In this document: positions 18,031-28,900 of the stretch, piece by piece
Layout: each line of letters starts with the position of its first letter
Position numbering within the stretch: the stretch's first letter is position 1
DNA from: Acaryochloris thomasi RCC1774
GTDB taxonomy: Bacteria; Cyanobacteriota; Cyanobacteriia; Thermosynechococcales; Thermosynechococcaceae
DNA length: 32,000 nucleotides
Direction of reading: 5' to 3'
Assembly: GCF_003231495.1 (NCBI RefSeq)
Contig: NZ_PQWO01000002.1
Span: 420,001 to 452,000, forward strand
Translations under genes and position numbers: made by a program
The notes under the pieces: model-generated
Told to the model about the DNA's origin: nothing
The model's database searches: none
Seen by the model: only the letters and a program-made list of their open reading frames with translations

Positions 18031-18497
18031 TCAGCTTGGTTTTTCAATTAAAGCGAATTCTTCGTCAACATCACCTGGCTGAATGACCGTAATTTCTTGG
18101 AATCGCTTGAAGTCATTCACGTTATAGGTCAGCACGTAAGTTGAGTCTTGGACCAGCATGGCAGCAACAAGCCTAGCATCGTGAACATTTTTGCCTTTGA
18201 CCTCGTAGCGAGAGACCAGATCAAGCCACTGATCATAATTCTGGGGCTGATCATGCTGTAGCGTAAAGATCTCTCTCAACTGCTTAATTTTGCTAGCCGT
18301 CCAACCACAGGACATGCCTAAACCATTTTTATCACTGGGTCTGGTTGCGACGTTCCAGAATTCCGCAAAAATCTGCGGCACGACAAACAGCTCACAATCG
18401 TTTTTGATCAGATTTTCTGTTGCTTGAAAGGCTTGAGCTGATTGTGGATGATTTTTTTGTTCTATGCGTAGCAGAATGTTGGTGTCAACGAGAATCA

Positions 18498-18498
<1 letters not shown>
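18031..18498 (-). CDS. PIN-domain ribonuclease toxin (VapC-like) of a type II toxin-antitoxin pair
   Basis: The N-terminal MILVDTNILL supplies the first PIN acidic residue, with further conserved acidic and hydroxyl positions (...AEFWNV..., ...DARLVA..., ...LTYNVNDF). The start overlaps the upstream antitoxin stop (ATGA). Confidence 0.8.
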
Positions 18499-19079
<581 letters not shown>

Positions 19080-19083
19080 GAGT

Positions 19084-19097
19084 GATTACACTAAGTT
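19084..19097. repeat. Left terminal inverted-repeat motif of the AT-rich insert (GATTACACTAAGTT)
   Basis: Its reverse complement AACTTAGTGTAATC matches 20302-20315 (AAGTTAGTGTAATT) at 12/14 positions. It also pairs with 19116-19128 (AACTTAGTGAAAT) through a 9-bp perfect stem. Confidence 0.4.
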
Positions 19098-19206
19098 TTT
19101 ATTCTGTCGCGTGGAAACTTAGTGAAATATGATTTAGGTCGTGAGTAGAAGAGAACCATAAATCAACTGCAGTGCTGAAGTGGCGGGTGTTTTAGATTTT
19201 TGATGA

Positions 19207-19238
19207 TTCCATTAACTTTTAGAGAAAAGTTAATGGAA
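19207..19238. repeat. Perfect 14-bp-stem hairpin (TTCCATTAACTTTT-AGAG-AAAAGTTAATGGAA)
   Basis: Read directly from the sequence. It lies in the non-coding leader of the AT-rich insert, about 190 nt upstream of the ORF, with no T-tract after it. Confidence 0.7.
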
Positions 19239-19428
19239 CTCCAAATATATTGTCCTGTAGTTGGTTGGGCATAACACTATGCACATTATTATCGACTTGG
19301 TTCTGTCGCATTAGGCCACAATGAGGAAAATACAACGAGTGAAAGATAATCCAACGATAAGGGTTGTTATGCAACAGACTGCCATATAATCATTCGTTAG
19401 TTGGGGATAAATTCATTAATTGATCCAA

Positions 19429-20133
19429 ATGGATTCAATAATCAAACTCATTGAAGCATTAGCAACTTCGGCATGGCCTGCCATTGTATTTTACATAGTT
19501 TTCTCTTACCGTCGTCAGGTCGCGGCCCTAATTGAATCTGCAAAAGATCGGGGATTCACAATCGAGGTCGGTGGACAAAAGCTTTCAATGAAAGAAGTTA
19601 ACCAGCAACAGCAAAATTTCATTGACGACCTGCAAAAACAACTGAATGAATTACGCAAAACAGTAGATGGATTAGGGATAAATCCTGAAATTGAAGCTAT
19701 AGAACCAAAAGTTATTTCATTAGAATCAGTAGAGACTGCAGGCTTAGCACAATCGAATGCAATTTTGTGGGTTGATGACAATCCAAAAAATAATAGCTAC
19801 TTCATCGAGCTACTTCAAAGTAGAGGTTATCGAGTAGATTTAGCTTTAAGCACCTCGGATGGTCTGGCAAAGCTTAGCAAGAATAACTACCGGTTAATTC
19901 TATCTGACATGGGACGCACTGAAAGTGGTCAATATATTGAGAATGCGGGTGTCAATTTACTTGAAGAAGTCAGGCAAAAAAATATAACTAATCCTTATCT
20001 CTTTTATTGCTCCACTCAAAAGGCAAAGAAGTATAAAAAACGAGTTAATGAGTTAGGTGGAGATGCCATCACTTCATCACCCACAGACCTTCGAGCAATT
20101 CTTGATGAGCTAGCTCCTGATAGCACTCGCTAA
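19429..20133 (+). CDS. Orphan protein: N-terminal TM helix, coiled coil, C-terminal atypical CheY-like (receiver-like) domain
   Basis: ATG at 19429 (TTG 19420 is an alternative). The TM helix is ALATSAWPAIVFYIVFSY and the Q-rich coiled coil NQQQQNFIDDLQKQLNELRK. The C-terminus has ILWVDDNPKNN (acidic pair), LILSDMGR (Asp at the phospho-acceptor position) and LFYCS (Ser/Thr position), but GGDAITSSP where the conserved Lys-Pro is expected. Confidence 0.6.
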   Translation: MDSIIKLIEALATSAWPAIVFYIVFSYRRQVAALIESAKDRGFTIEVGGQKLSMKEVNQQQQNFIDDLQKQLNELRKTVDGLGINPEIEAIEPKVISLESVETAGLAQSNAILWVDDNPKNNSYFIELLQSRGYRVDLALSTSDGLAKLSKNNYRLILSDMGRTESGQYIENAGVNLLEEVRQKNITNPYLFYCSTQKAKKYKKRVNELGGDAITSSPTDLRAILDELAPDSTR

Positions 20134-20301
20134 TTTTATTTCAACGGAGCAGGGTGTTAATCAATGGTTATGACACAGCAGGAATCTTCATCTGTTGAAT
20201 ACAAACATTAGACTTATACCCAATTCACAAATATTGCTACTTTTTCTCACGCTGATAATTTTCACCGTTCAAAGCTACGAAATACATTAACTTTTTACAA
20301 T

Positions 20302-20315
20302 AAGTTAGTGTAATT
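20302..20315. repeat. Right terminal inverted-repeat motif of the AT-rich insert (AAGTTAGTGTAATT)
   Basis: See 19084-19097. It lies 27 nt before the stop codon of the convergent VOC gene. Confidence 0.4.
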
Positions 20316-20342
20316 TTCTCGCTATTCACCTTCTCTAGCTAA

Positions 20343-20729
20343 TTAGTCCCTTGCATCACCAATGTTGTCAGATATGACGACTAAATACCCATCTGGGTCA
20401 CGGAACCAGATCTCATGCTGGCGAGCATTTTGATTGACGTGTGGTTCTGCAACTATCTCTGGATCAAGCTTTCGCACTTTAGAGACACTTTCCTCAAAAT
20501 TATCAGTGCGAAACCACAAAATTACCCCATTCCCAACCGGTATTTCAGAAGCACACATCCCAGGATGCTCCAGTGCATTCCGACAATGAAGCTGCAACAG
20601 CAATTTCCCCTCATGAGTCAACATCTCATACTCATCTCCACCATGAGCGCTCTCGCATCCTAAAAGGGTCTGATAAAAAAGACTGCTAGCTTCAACGTCC
20701 CTGACAGAAATTAATGGTTCTACCTTCAC
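20343..20729 (-). CDS. VOC family protein (glyoxalase/bleomycin-resistance/dioxygenase fold)
   Basis: The ISVRDVEASSLFYQTLLG... and ...HEIWFRDPDGYLVVI motifs are typical of the VOC fold. I prefer the GTG at 20729, 4 nt after the DUF2301 stop. The ORF-track ATG at 20819 would overlap the upstream gene by 86 nt and add a non-VOC leader. Confidence 0.65.
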   Translation of the reverse strand: MKVEPLISVRDVEASSLFYQTLLGCESAHGGDEYEMLTHEGKLLLQLHCRNALEHPGMCASEIPVGNGVILWFRTDNFEESVSKVRKLDPEIVAEPHVNQNARQHEIWFRDPDGYLVVISDNIGDARD

Positions 20730-20733
20730 TGAC

Positions 20734-21438
20734 CTAAGCTTTCTGCTCCTCAAGGTAGGTAAAGACGCTTTTATCTCCAATATCAGGAGGAATAGGCTGC
20801 ACCACTTTCCGCAGGGCAAAAATCAGGAACAGGACAGCCCATGCTCCCAAGAGCGATCGCTCTGCTGCGATGGGTAACAACTGAAGCCAGTGCCCTAGTA
20901 GTAATACAGGCGCAATAAAGGTCAAAAACTTAGTCTCTAGGCGATTAAAGCAGAACGCCTCCTTAAAAAACAAACCCGTGAGCGCCACAAAAATCCAGCC
21001 CACCGCCATCAGATTGACGGGATGATTGTAAATAGCTGCTGCCAAAGGTTCAGCACTCCGAACACAGAGCCACAGAGCTGCGCCGGTCCCAATCGCCCAA
21101 AAGACCTGCAGCGTTCGATGCAGAGAAACCATGTAGATATGAATAGTGGCAAGGCTAACGCCCATCGCGGCGCAAAAGCCTAAAAAGAGTGCCGTAAGAC
21201 TGTTGAGAACTGAAGCTTGCGGTCCCCATCGCAAAATGAGGATTGCACCCACCGCAAAGGCAAGAGCTGCGACCAACAATGCACCGCGATAGACGACCAC
21301 GCCGATGCGATCGTGTTTAGTCACTTCAAATTCACCGAAGTGACCCTGGTAAACTTCACCCGTTTCTTCAAGGGCTTGCAAAAACATGCTCCGATTCCTC
21401 GCGTTACCCGTCTTGAACTTCTCCATTGTACTGAGCAA
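20734..21438 (-). CDS. DUF2301-like integral membrane protein
   Basis: The GEVYQGHFGEFEVTKHDRIGVVVYRGALL motif is followed by about six hydrophobic helices, a pattern I recall for the cyanobacterial DUF2301 family. Start uncertain (Met at 21438, 21426 or 21387). Confidence 0.6.
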   Translation of the reverse strand: MLSTMEKFKTGNARNRSMFLQALEETGEVYQGHFGEFEVTKHDRIGVVVYRGALLVAALAFAVGAILILRWGPQASVLNSLTALFLGFCAAMGVSLATIHIYMVSLHRTLQVFWAIGTGAALWLCVRSAEPLAAAIYNHPVNLMAVGWIFVALTGLFFKEAFCFNRLETKFLTFIAPVLLLGHWLQLLPIAAERSLLGAWAVLFLIFALRKVVQPIPPDIGDKSVFTYLEEQKA

Positions 21439-21451
21439 TCAGGAGACGAAA

Positions 21452-22237
21452 TTAGTTTGTAATTAACATAAGGATGCGATCTCCAACCTGACTTTGCAGC
21501 TGAGCCTGGGCATTGCCACCATTAACCGCAACCTCTAGCCAGCCGTGGCTACCCACTAAACTAACCGCCTGTCCCGGCAAGACACTGCCATAGGTTGTGC
21601 CCTCTGGGACAAGATGTTCCCCGATCTTAACTGTCCAGTCTGAAGGAATCGCAGCAGCAGGAATATTGGTGATCAGATTGCCGAAATAATCGATGGCTTG
21701 GATCGTTCCCATCACCCACTGTTCAGATTGCTGTGGCGGAATATGGTTGAGCTGCACAAGCTGCTGTGGATCAAGGGCCGCTCCCATCGCCACCAGCGGA
21801 AACCCTGTCGCGAGATGGGCTGCCACAGGCGCAAAAATATCGCGTCCGTGAAAAGTTGCGCTAGGGTTGCCGGTCCGCCAATATTGAGGCTGGTTCAGCT
21901 CCACCGCCGTTACCGTATGGGCTGTCTGCAGTGCACTACTAAAAACACCATTATCCGGCCCAACGAAAAAACCTGCATCGGTCTGGAAAGCAATGGCGCG
22001 CCGCGAGCTGCCTACGCCCGGATCCACCACCACCACATGCACCGTATTGGCAGAGAAATAGGGATAGGCATTTCCGAGCTGAAAACTAGCAAGGGCAATG
22101 TTCTGGGGCGGAATAGCATGATTGAGGTCAATCACCGACAGCTCTGGATTGACCTGAGCAATGACGCCTTTCATGACGCCGACATAAACATCCGTGAGGC
22201 CAAAGTCAGTCGTTAATGTGATTAGGGGGCTGCTCAT
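21452..22237 (-). CDS. SAM hydrolase / SAM-dependent halogenase family protein (DUF62, S-adenosyl-L-methionine hydroxide adenosyltransferase-like)
   Basis: The N-terminal ITLTTDFGLTDVYVGVMKGVI and later ...VVVDPGVGS... and ...GPDNGV... are hallmark motifs of this family. Confidence 0.85.
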   Translation of the reverse strand: MSSPLITLTTDFGLTDVYVGVMKGVIAQVNPELSVIDLNHAIPPQNIALASFQLGNAYPYFSANTVHVVVVDPGVGSSRRAIAFQTDAGFFVGPDNGVFSSALQTAHTVTAVELNQPQYWRTGNPSATFHGRDIFAPVAAHLATGFPLVAMGAALDPQQLVQLNHIPPQQSEQWVMGTIQAIDYFGNLITNIPAAAIPSDWTVKIGEHLVPEGTTYGSVLPGQAVSLVGSHGWLEVAVNGGNAQAQLQSQVGDRILMLITN

Positions 22238-22288
22238 GGAGGGTGCGCCTAGTCGATATTTACCTCAGTTACGGGGCACAATGAATCT

Positions 22289-22879
22289 ATGATTAATGAA
22301 AAGTTCAGCGAGGCTCTTGCTTGGGCAGCCACTCTGCACCACAGCCAACGCCGTAAAATTAATGACACACCCTATCTGGCCCACCTTATTAGTGTAGCGG
22401 CTCTGGTGCTCGAAAATAACGGTACTGAAGAGCAGGCTATCGCTGCACTACTGCATGATGCAGTCGAAGATCAGGGCGTCACTGTCACCGAAATTGAGCA
22501 GCGGTTTGGGGCAACCGTGGCGGCTTACGTTGCGGCGGTCACTGAAACTGAGCTGACAACGGAACCTCAGCCCCCTTGGCAAGAGCGCAAGCTGCGCTAT
22601 CTCACGCAGCTCAGAGCCGCGCCCGCTGAAGCGGTTTTTATCTCTCTGGCTGACAAGCTGCATAATGCGCGGTCTCTAGAGGCCGGTCTCCATAGTCACG
22701 GAGAAAGTCTCTGGGAGGACTACTTTAAGTCTCGCCGTCAAGAAACCCGCTGGTTCTATGAGCAGTTGGTAATTGAGTATCGTGCCAAGGGTTTTACCGA
22801 TCACTGGTTGCTAGAGGAATTGTTGCGATCGCTAGCCAATATCTTCCCAGAACGGCAGCTTCATCTTCAGGCTAGCTAA
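22289..22879 (+). CDS. HD domain protein, SpoT/RelA-hydrolase-like (possible small alarmone hydrolase)
   Basis: AATLHHSQRRK...PYLAHLISVAALV...AALLHDAVEDQGVT gives the H...HD...D metal-binding pattern of HD_4/(p)ppGpp-hydrolase domains. There is no synthetase domain. Confidence 0.7.
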   Translation: MINEKFSEALAWAATLHHSQRRKINDTPYLAHLISVAALVLENNGTEEQAIAALLHDAVEDQGVTVTEIEQRFGATVAAYVAAVTETELTTEPQPPWQERKLRYLTQLRAAPAEAVFISLADKLHNARSLEAGLHSHGESLWEDYFKSRRQETRWFYEQLVIEYRAKGFTDHWLLEELLRSLANIFPERQLHLQAS

Positions 22880-22919
22880 AAGGTTTGATCTCTACAGAGG
22901 AAGAGGATTCCGCTGCTGA

Positions 22920-23906
22920 TTAGGGCGCGGAAGGAGTCAAAGGAACCTCAACATCTTCGTGCTGGGCTGATTGGCTAGTCTGGGCAAGGGCAAGGCCGGT
23001 CAAGACTACTACAAAGCATAGCCAAGTGCTGATTTTGAGATGCTCCAAAAAAATGAACCAGGCTAGGACTGCGCTGATAATAGGTTCCAAGAGCAGGAAC
23101 AATGAGACAAAACTAGAAGATAGCTGATCCATGCAGGCGGCAATCAGTCGCTGACCCAGCCCTTCACTAATCAGGCCCAAACCCAGTACCGCCAAGATAG
23201 CGACGCGGGTAGTGGGAAATAATTGACCTTCTGTCCACCAGACAAGCGGTAGCAAGAGAGTGCTGCCAATAGCGCAGCGCCACAGCAAGATGGTTGTGGC
23301 TGAAAAGCGCTGTCTGAGCTGTTCAACTAATAAGAAGTAAATGCCTAAGAATACGGCTGATAGTAGAGCGTATAGGTCGCCCGCTAGGAAGCCATTTGCA
23401 CTTTTGAGATCCGCAAGACCCAAAAAAATTGCTCCCGAGAGTGCGATCGCCATCCCGGCTAAAAAACGTGTGTCGAAGCGCTTCCCAAAACAAAGCCAAG
23501 CGCCCAAACTGGTAAAAATTGGCGTTAGGTTACTCAGCAACATACACTTTGCCACGCTGGTGTATTCCAGTGATAAAGCCCACAGCCCCAGCGAAATGAC
23601 AGAAACAAACCCCACGCTGACAAGCAAGCACCATTGTTGCCAGGTGATGGGTGCTTCGGGTTCGAGCTTTTTGGGGCTGGCCTGTACTTGAGCGATATAT
23701 CGACCGGTCCCAAACACCGCTGCAAAAATCAAGAGGCGATTCAGAACGGTTCCGTTGGCTCCTAATTCCGTCTCACTGAGACGAATAAAGATAGGTGCAA
23801 AGGAGACGGATAAGAGTGCGATGCAGAGCGTTGCCAGGGTCAGTAGTTGGGCGGAATTCTGTCCCTGAATGGAACGCTGCCAGTATGACCGTACAAAGTT
23901 GACCAT
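22920..23906 (-). CDS. EamA/DMT superfamily transporter
   Basis: 328 aa with about 10 TM helices in two EamA halves. Paralogous to 30697-31650 (for example GKRFDTRFLAGMAIALSGAIFLG versus RQRFDTRFLVGLAISLGGAVAIG). Confidence 0.8.
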   Translation of the reverse strand: MVNFVRSYWQRSIQGQNSAQLLTLATLCIALLSVSFAPIFIRLSETELGANGTVLNRLLIFAAVFGTGRYIAQVQASPKKLEPEAPITWQQWCLLVSVGFVSVISLGLWALSLEYTSVAKCMLLSNLTPIFTSLGAWLCFGKRFDTRFLAGMAIALSGAIFLGLADLKSANGFLAGDLYALLSAVFLGIYFLLVEQLRQRFSATTILLWRCAIGSTLLLPLVWWTEGQLFPTTRVAILAVLGLGLISEGLGQRLIAACMDQLSSSFVSLFLLLEPIISAVLAWFIFLEHLKISTWLCFVVVLTGLALAQTSQSAQHEDVEVPLTPSAP

Positions 23907-23986
23907 CGCAAACGCCTCCTCACAAGCGAATTAGCCTCTGAGCCTATCATTTTCGAGGATGCTGTGATGTATCGTTCTGATACCGA

Positions 23987-25777
23987 TTAACGCTTCGCTA
24001 GTTTCTTTTTCGAGAGCTTCCGCAGACGCACGGATTCAGGAGTAACCTCGACTAGTTCGTCGGGACCGATGTACTCTAAGGAGCGCTCTAAGCTCATGTC
24101 GGCTGGAGCCTGAAGCTGAACGAGTTCATCGCCAGAAGCGGCGCGGTGGTTCGTGAGCTGCTTGGTTTTACATACGTTGAGATCAATATCTTGAGGGCGA
24201 TTGTGTTCGCCGACGATCATGCCCTTGTAGACCTTTGCGCCTGGTTCAATAAAGAAGGTTCCCCGGTCCTCAGCATTTTTGAGGGCATAGAAGGTGGCTT
24301 TACCTTCTTCAAAGGAAATAATGACGCCATTGCGACGCGCTGCGATATCACCGGCAATCGGTCGGTAGTCTAAAAAGCTGTGGTTCATAATCCCGTCGCC
24401 TCGGGTGAGCCGCATGAAGTCACCCCGGAAGCCAATTAGGCCCCGAGCTGGGATCACAAACTCAAGCTGACTGCGGCCATTACTCATTTGCATATCTTGC
24501 ATTTCGCCTTTGCGGGTGCCCAGTCGCTCAATGCAACCCCCAACACCCTCTTCAGGAATATCTAGAACAAGGTATTCGTAAGGCTCGCAAGGTTGGCCCT
24601 TCACTTCGCGGTAGATGACCTGAGGTTGCGAGACTTGGAATTCATACCCTTCACGGCGCATGGTCTCAATTAAAATGCCTAGGTGCAGTTCTCCACGCCC
24701 TGAGACGGCGAACCGGTCGGGAGAGTCTGTTTCTTCTACGCGCAGTGCTACATTTGTCTCCAGCTCTCGCATTAGGCGATCTCGAATCTGTCGAGAGGTG
24801 ACGAACTTGCCCTCTTTGCCTGCAAAGGGCGAGTCATTGACGCAGAAGGTCATTTGCAATGTGGGTTCATCTACTTTGATCAATGGCAAAGCTTGGGGTT
24901 CGTTGGGGCAGGTGATGGTTTCGCCGATGTTGGCTTTTGCAAAACCTGCGATCGCAACTATATTTCCTGCCGAAGCCGACTCTAGCTCCACGCGGCTGAG
25001 GCCCTTAAAACCCATCAGCTTCGAGATTTTTCCCTTTACAATCGACCCATCTTCGGTCACCAAAGCCGCCTGCTGACCCGCATTGACGGTGCCGTTATGA
25101 AGCCGCCCAATCACAATACGGCCCAAGTAATCAGAATAGTCAAGCGTCGTCACCTGAAGCTGTAGCGGCTTCTCAGGGTCGCCTGCTGGAGGTGGAACAT
25201 GGTGCAAAAAGGATTCAAACAGCGGACGCATATCTTCGTTGTCGTCCTCCATCTCTTCCTTGGCAAACCCATCCAGACCCGACGCAAACAAATAAGGGAA
25301 ATCGCACTGATCGTCATCGGCCCCTAACTCAAGAAAGAGATCTAAAACCTTATCAACTGCGCCGTGGGGATCTGCTTGAGGTCTATCAATCTTATTCACT
25401 AAGACAATGGGGCGCAGCCCTTTTTCCAAAGCCTTTTTGAGCACAAATCGAGTTTGGGGCATTGGTCCTTCATTCGCGTCCACAATCAGCAGACAGCCAT
25501 CTACCATCCCCAAAACGCGCTCAACCTCACCCCCAAAATCGGCGTGACCCGGCGTATCGACAATATTAATCAGCGTGTCTTCATAGTTCACCGCCGTATT
25601 TTTGGACAGAATCGTGATCCCTCGCTCCCGCTCCAGATCGTTGGAGTCCATAACGCAATCTGGAACCTCTTCCCCGTCACGAAAAGTACCCGACTGCTTC
25701 AAGAGTGCATCAACCAGCGTGGTCTTACCGTGGTCAACGTGGGCGATGATGGCAACATTGCGAATGGGAAGTGTCAT
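23987..25777 (-). CDS. typA: Translational GTPase TypA/BipA
   Basis: [17 protein letters not shown] (G1), DTPGHADF (G3) and NKID (G4), with full-length (596 aa) collinearity to TypA including the C-terminal ...RLRK... tail. Confidence 0.95.
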   Translation of the reverse strand: MTLPIRNVAIIAHVDHGKTTLVDALLKQSGTFRDGEEVPDCVMDSNDLERERGITILSKNTAVNYEDTLINIVDTPGHADFGGEVERVLGMVDGCLLIVDANEGPMPQTRFVLKKALEKGLRPIVLVNKIDRPQADPHGAVDKVLDLFLELGADDDQCDFPYLFASGLDGFAKEEMEDDNEDMRPLFESFLHHVPPPAGDPEKPLQLQVTTLDYSDYLGRIVIGRLHNGTVNAGQQAALVTEDGSIVKGKISKLMGFKGLSRVELESASAGNIVAIAGFAKANIGETITCPNEPQALPLIKVDEPTLQMTFCVNDSPFAGKEGKFVTSRQIRDRLMRELETNVALRVEETDSPDRFAVSGRGELHLGILIETMRREGYEFQVSQPQVIYREVKGQPCEPYEYLVLDIPEEGVGGCIERLGTRKGEMQDMQMSNGRSQLEFVIPARGLIGFRGDFMRLTRGDGIMNHSFLDYRPIAGDIAARRNGVIISFEEGKATFYALKNAEDRGTFFIEPGAKVYKGMIVGEHNRPQDIDLNVCKTKQLTNHRAASGDELVQLQAPADMSLERSLEYIGPDELVEVTPESVRLRKLSKKKLAKR

Positions 25778-25996
25778 AAGACGGTCCAGGCAGGTACGTT
25801 AAAAGTGAGGAACAAGCGAAAGGTCTAAAATTGCCGAGGGCAATCGTAAAGTTTTTTTAATATTCTAAACCAAGTCAGCCCCGAGCGACGGTCAGTTTGT
25901 TGACTAAGATCAATGGATGGCGGTTCTGAATCCCCATCAGACAGACATTTAACAACGAAAACATCGGGGTTATGGCTTTGTGGATCGTTTGTGAGC

Positions 25997-28900
25997 ATGA
26001 CGACATTAGATCTGGCACCTTTTAACTTACTCAAAACCCCCATCTTTATCTTTGACCCCGATCGGATGCAGATTTGGTGGGCCAATCAGGCTGGATTGAC
26101 GGTTTGGCAAGCGACTAGCCTAGATGAGCTGCGCGATCGGGATCACCCTAACGTAGAACCCTCAGACCTTCGAACCTATCAACAGCAAATTCAGCAGGGA
26201 GCAACCGTTATTGCTCAGTGGAGGATCGGCTCCGTCGCAGGCAGTACTGTGGCTCGCTGTCTTCTTTCTCCGATCGAGATCGAGGCTGGGCGCATCGCTT
26301 TACTGGTCGAGGTGATGCCTGTGCTATCCAATCTACTGTCCCAGCGCTCTTCCCCTCAGCCATCACAACCTCTTGAGCTAAGCTCTGCACAGATAAATTT
26401 GCTAGAGCATATCACTGAAGATGTTCACAGCAGTCTGAAGACTCAACAGCTTGTACAAACTCAGCACAGTCTGCAAAACATTGCCGAACGTCTAGGAGAT
26501 GGGTTTCGGGTTAGTCGTTGCCATATCTATCTTTACAGCGATGAATCAGAACCCCATCTAGCTGCGGTGGCCGAGTATCAAACCTCAAACTTTCTGTCTT
26601 TGGTCGGCCTTAAATTTCCTGTCGCCTCTAATCCCTGCGCTCAGAAACTGCTGGCGGTAGATCAGCCCATTGCGATTAAAGATGTTCCTGAGAATTCTCA
26701 GCTTGATTCCCTCTGTTCACAGATTTTGACCCCAGCTTTGAGGTCGATGGTGACCGTACGGACATCCCATCAGCAACAGCCCAACGGCGCTATTATTCTC
26801 AGTCAGTGTAATGCCCTTCGTGAGTGGACTCCAGATGAGCTGCAAACATTGGAGTTGATTGCCCATCAGGTTGGTCTAGCTCTGGCGCAAGTTCAACACC
26901 TAGAGCGAGACCAACCCTTTCTCCCACAGTACAAAGTTCTATCTGCCCAAGATGACGGGACGGCGGAGAGGCAGCTCCGTGAAGCGAGGGCCCAGGCCAC
27001 ATTTCAGCAAGCTGCTGTAGGGCTAGCAGAAAGTGATACGCGGACGGGCTGTTTGACCCACGTCAATCATCGTTTTTGCGAAATGGTGGGCTATACCGAA
27101 GCCGAACTCTGTGGTGGTATGCGGATTACCGACATAACCCACCCTGAAGATCTAGAATCCTCGCTCGAAAGTATTAAGGCAATTGTCTCAGGTCAAGTTC
27201 CTCACCTGAGGTTGCAAAAGCGCTACTTGTGCAAAGATGCCTCTATTCTCAAGGCTGAAACGACCGTGTCAGTCATACACTCTCCGGTCAGTGATGCTAG
27301 TTATTGTCTAGCCGTCGTTCAAGATATGACTGAGCAGGCACAGGTCGAGCAAGCTTTAGAGCAACAGGTCCAGCGAGAATTGCTGTTGCGAGATATCACC
27401 CAAGAGATTCGTCAGAGCCTAGATGCCCAACAGATTTTTCAAACGACTGTCAAGCGTATTGGTGAGGCGTTCCAAGTCAGTCGCTGTCATATTCACTATT
27501 ATTTTTCTGAAACTCAGGCGTTTCCCATTGTGGGAGAGTACCTGTCAGAAGGGTATGGATCGACATTGGGGGTGAATATTTCTGTGGAGGAAACACCCTG
27601 CGTTCAGGAAGTTCTAGCTCAAGAGCAAGCGCTTGGTGTCACCAATGTTTATCATGATCCAGGCCTGCAGCGTGCTATCCCAGTCGACCGGGAGCTAGAG
27701 CTGAAGTCCGCACTGATGGTTCGAACCTCATACCAGGGACAGCCAAATGGGGCCATTGTGCTGCACCATTGTGGCCCCCCTCTTTCTCGGCCCGACTTTA
27801 TGGCGCTGCCCGCTGCCGAGCAAGAGCAGCTGACACGCCAGTGGACTTCAGAAGAGATCGCGCTCCTAGAAGCCGTCGCTAGCCAGGTCGGTATTGCTCT
27901 TGCTCATGCTCAGCTGCTTGAGCAAGAGAAGCTGCAGCGGCAGGAACTCACTCAGAAGAATGCAGCACTTGCTCAGGCGAAAAGAGAAGCCGATCTGGCT
28001 AACCGAGCGAAAAGTAATTTCTTGGCGAATATGAGTCATGAACTCCGAACGCCGCTGAACGGAATTTTAGGCTATGGCCAGATCTTGCGCCGTTCAAATG
28101 CACTGTCATCGCAGGAGCAAAAAGGTATCCGTGTCATTTTGGAGTGTGGCGAGCATCTTCTCAACCTGATCGATGATTTGCTCGATCTCTCCAAAATTGA
28201 AGTTGAGCGCATGGAGCTACAGGCGGCAGATATCCATTTCCCTGATTTCTTGATGGAATTGGTGAATATTTCTCAGATGAAGGCCAAGCAGAAGGGACTC
28301 AACTTTTTTTATCACCTTTCTCCAGCTTTGCCGAGCGCGATTCACGCGGATGAAAAACGACTCCGGCAGGTGCTGATGAATCTTCTAGATAACGCGCTGA
28401 AGTTCACCCTCCAGGGAAGTGTGACCTTCTCCGTTGACTGCGATCAGTATGCGCAGCCCCTGCACCAAGCCCCGCAGCATCAGAGTTTTTCTCAAGTTCA
28501 GCGTCTTCGCTTTAAAGTCGTCGATACGGGGGTGGGTATCCCGCCTGATGATCTGACTCGCATCTTTTTGCCTTTCGAGCAGGCTGCAGAAGGGGATTTT
28601 CGGCGTAGAGGGACTGGGCTTGGATTAGCCGTGAGCCAAAAAATAATGATACTGCTGGGGGGTGAAATTCAGGTCCGGAGCCGCTTACAAGAGGGTAGTA
28701 TCTTTTCTGTTATTGTAGATTTGCCAGTTGTTCCAGCTCGAGAAAACGCGACTGCCCGCTTCAAAGACACCAGCACCGTGGTCAGCTATCAGGGAGAATC
28801 TAAAACGCTCTTAATTGTTGATGATCAGACTAGCAATAGAGAAATGTTCAGTGATGTATTGGGTCGGCTCGGCTTCAAGGTGCTGAAGGCTAGCAATGGT

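Noticed and set aside
20730-20819. N-terminal extension of the VOC ORF back to ATG 20819
   Set aside because: The extension would overlap the DUF2301 gene by 86 nt and adds a Cys/Leu-rich leader unrelated to the VOC fold. The GTG at 20729, just after the upstream stop, is the more parsimonious start.
25830-25857. Hairpin ATTGCC-GAG-GGCAAT followed by a T7 run, resembling an intrinsic terminator
   Set aside because: It lies in the divergent promoter region between typA (minus strand) and the kinase gene (plus strand). No upstream gene reads into it on the plus strand, and 7 nt separate the stem from the T-run.
26500-27520. Cys-His dipeptides in both GAF domains ([18 protein letters not shown]) as possible bilin-binding sites of a cyanobacteriochrome or phytochrome
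   Set aside because: The CH sits near the N-terminal strand of each GAF, at the position of the common aDRVxIYxF motif. It is not in the later helix context (…CHxxYxxxxG…) where bilin-binding Cys-His occurs, and no DXCF motif is present.
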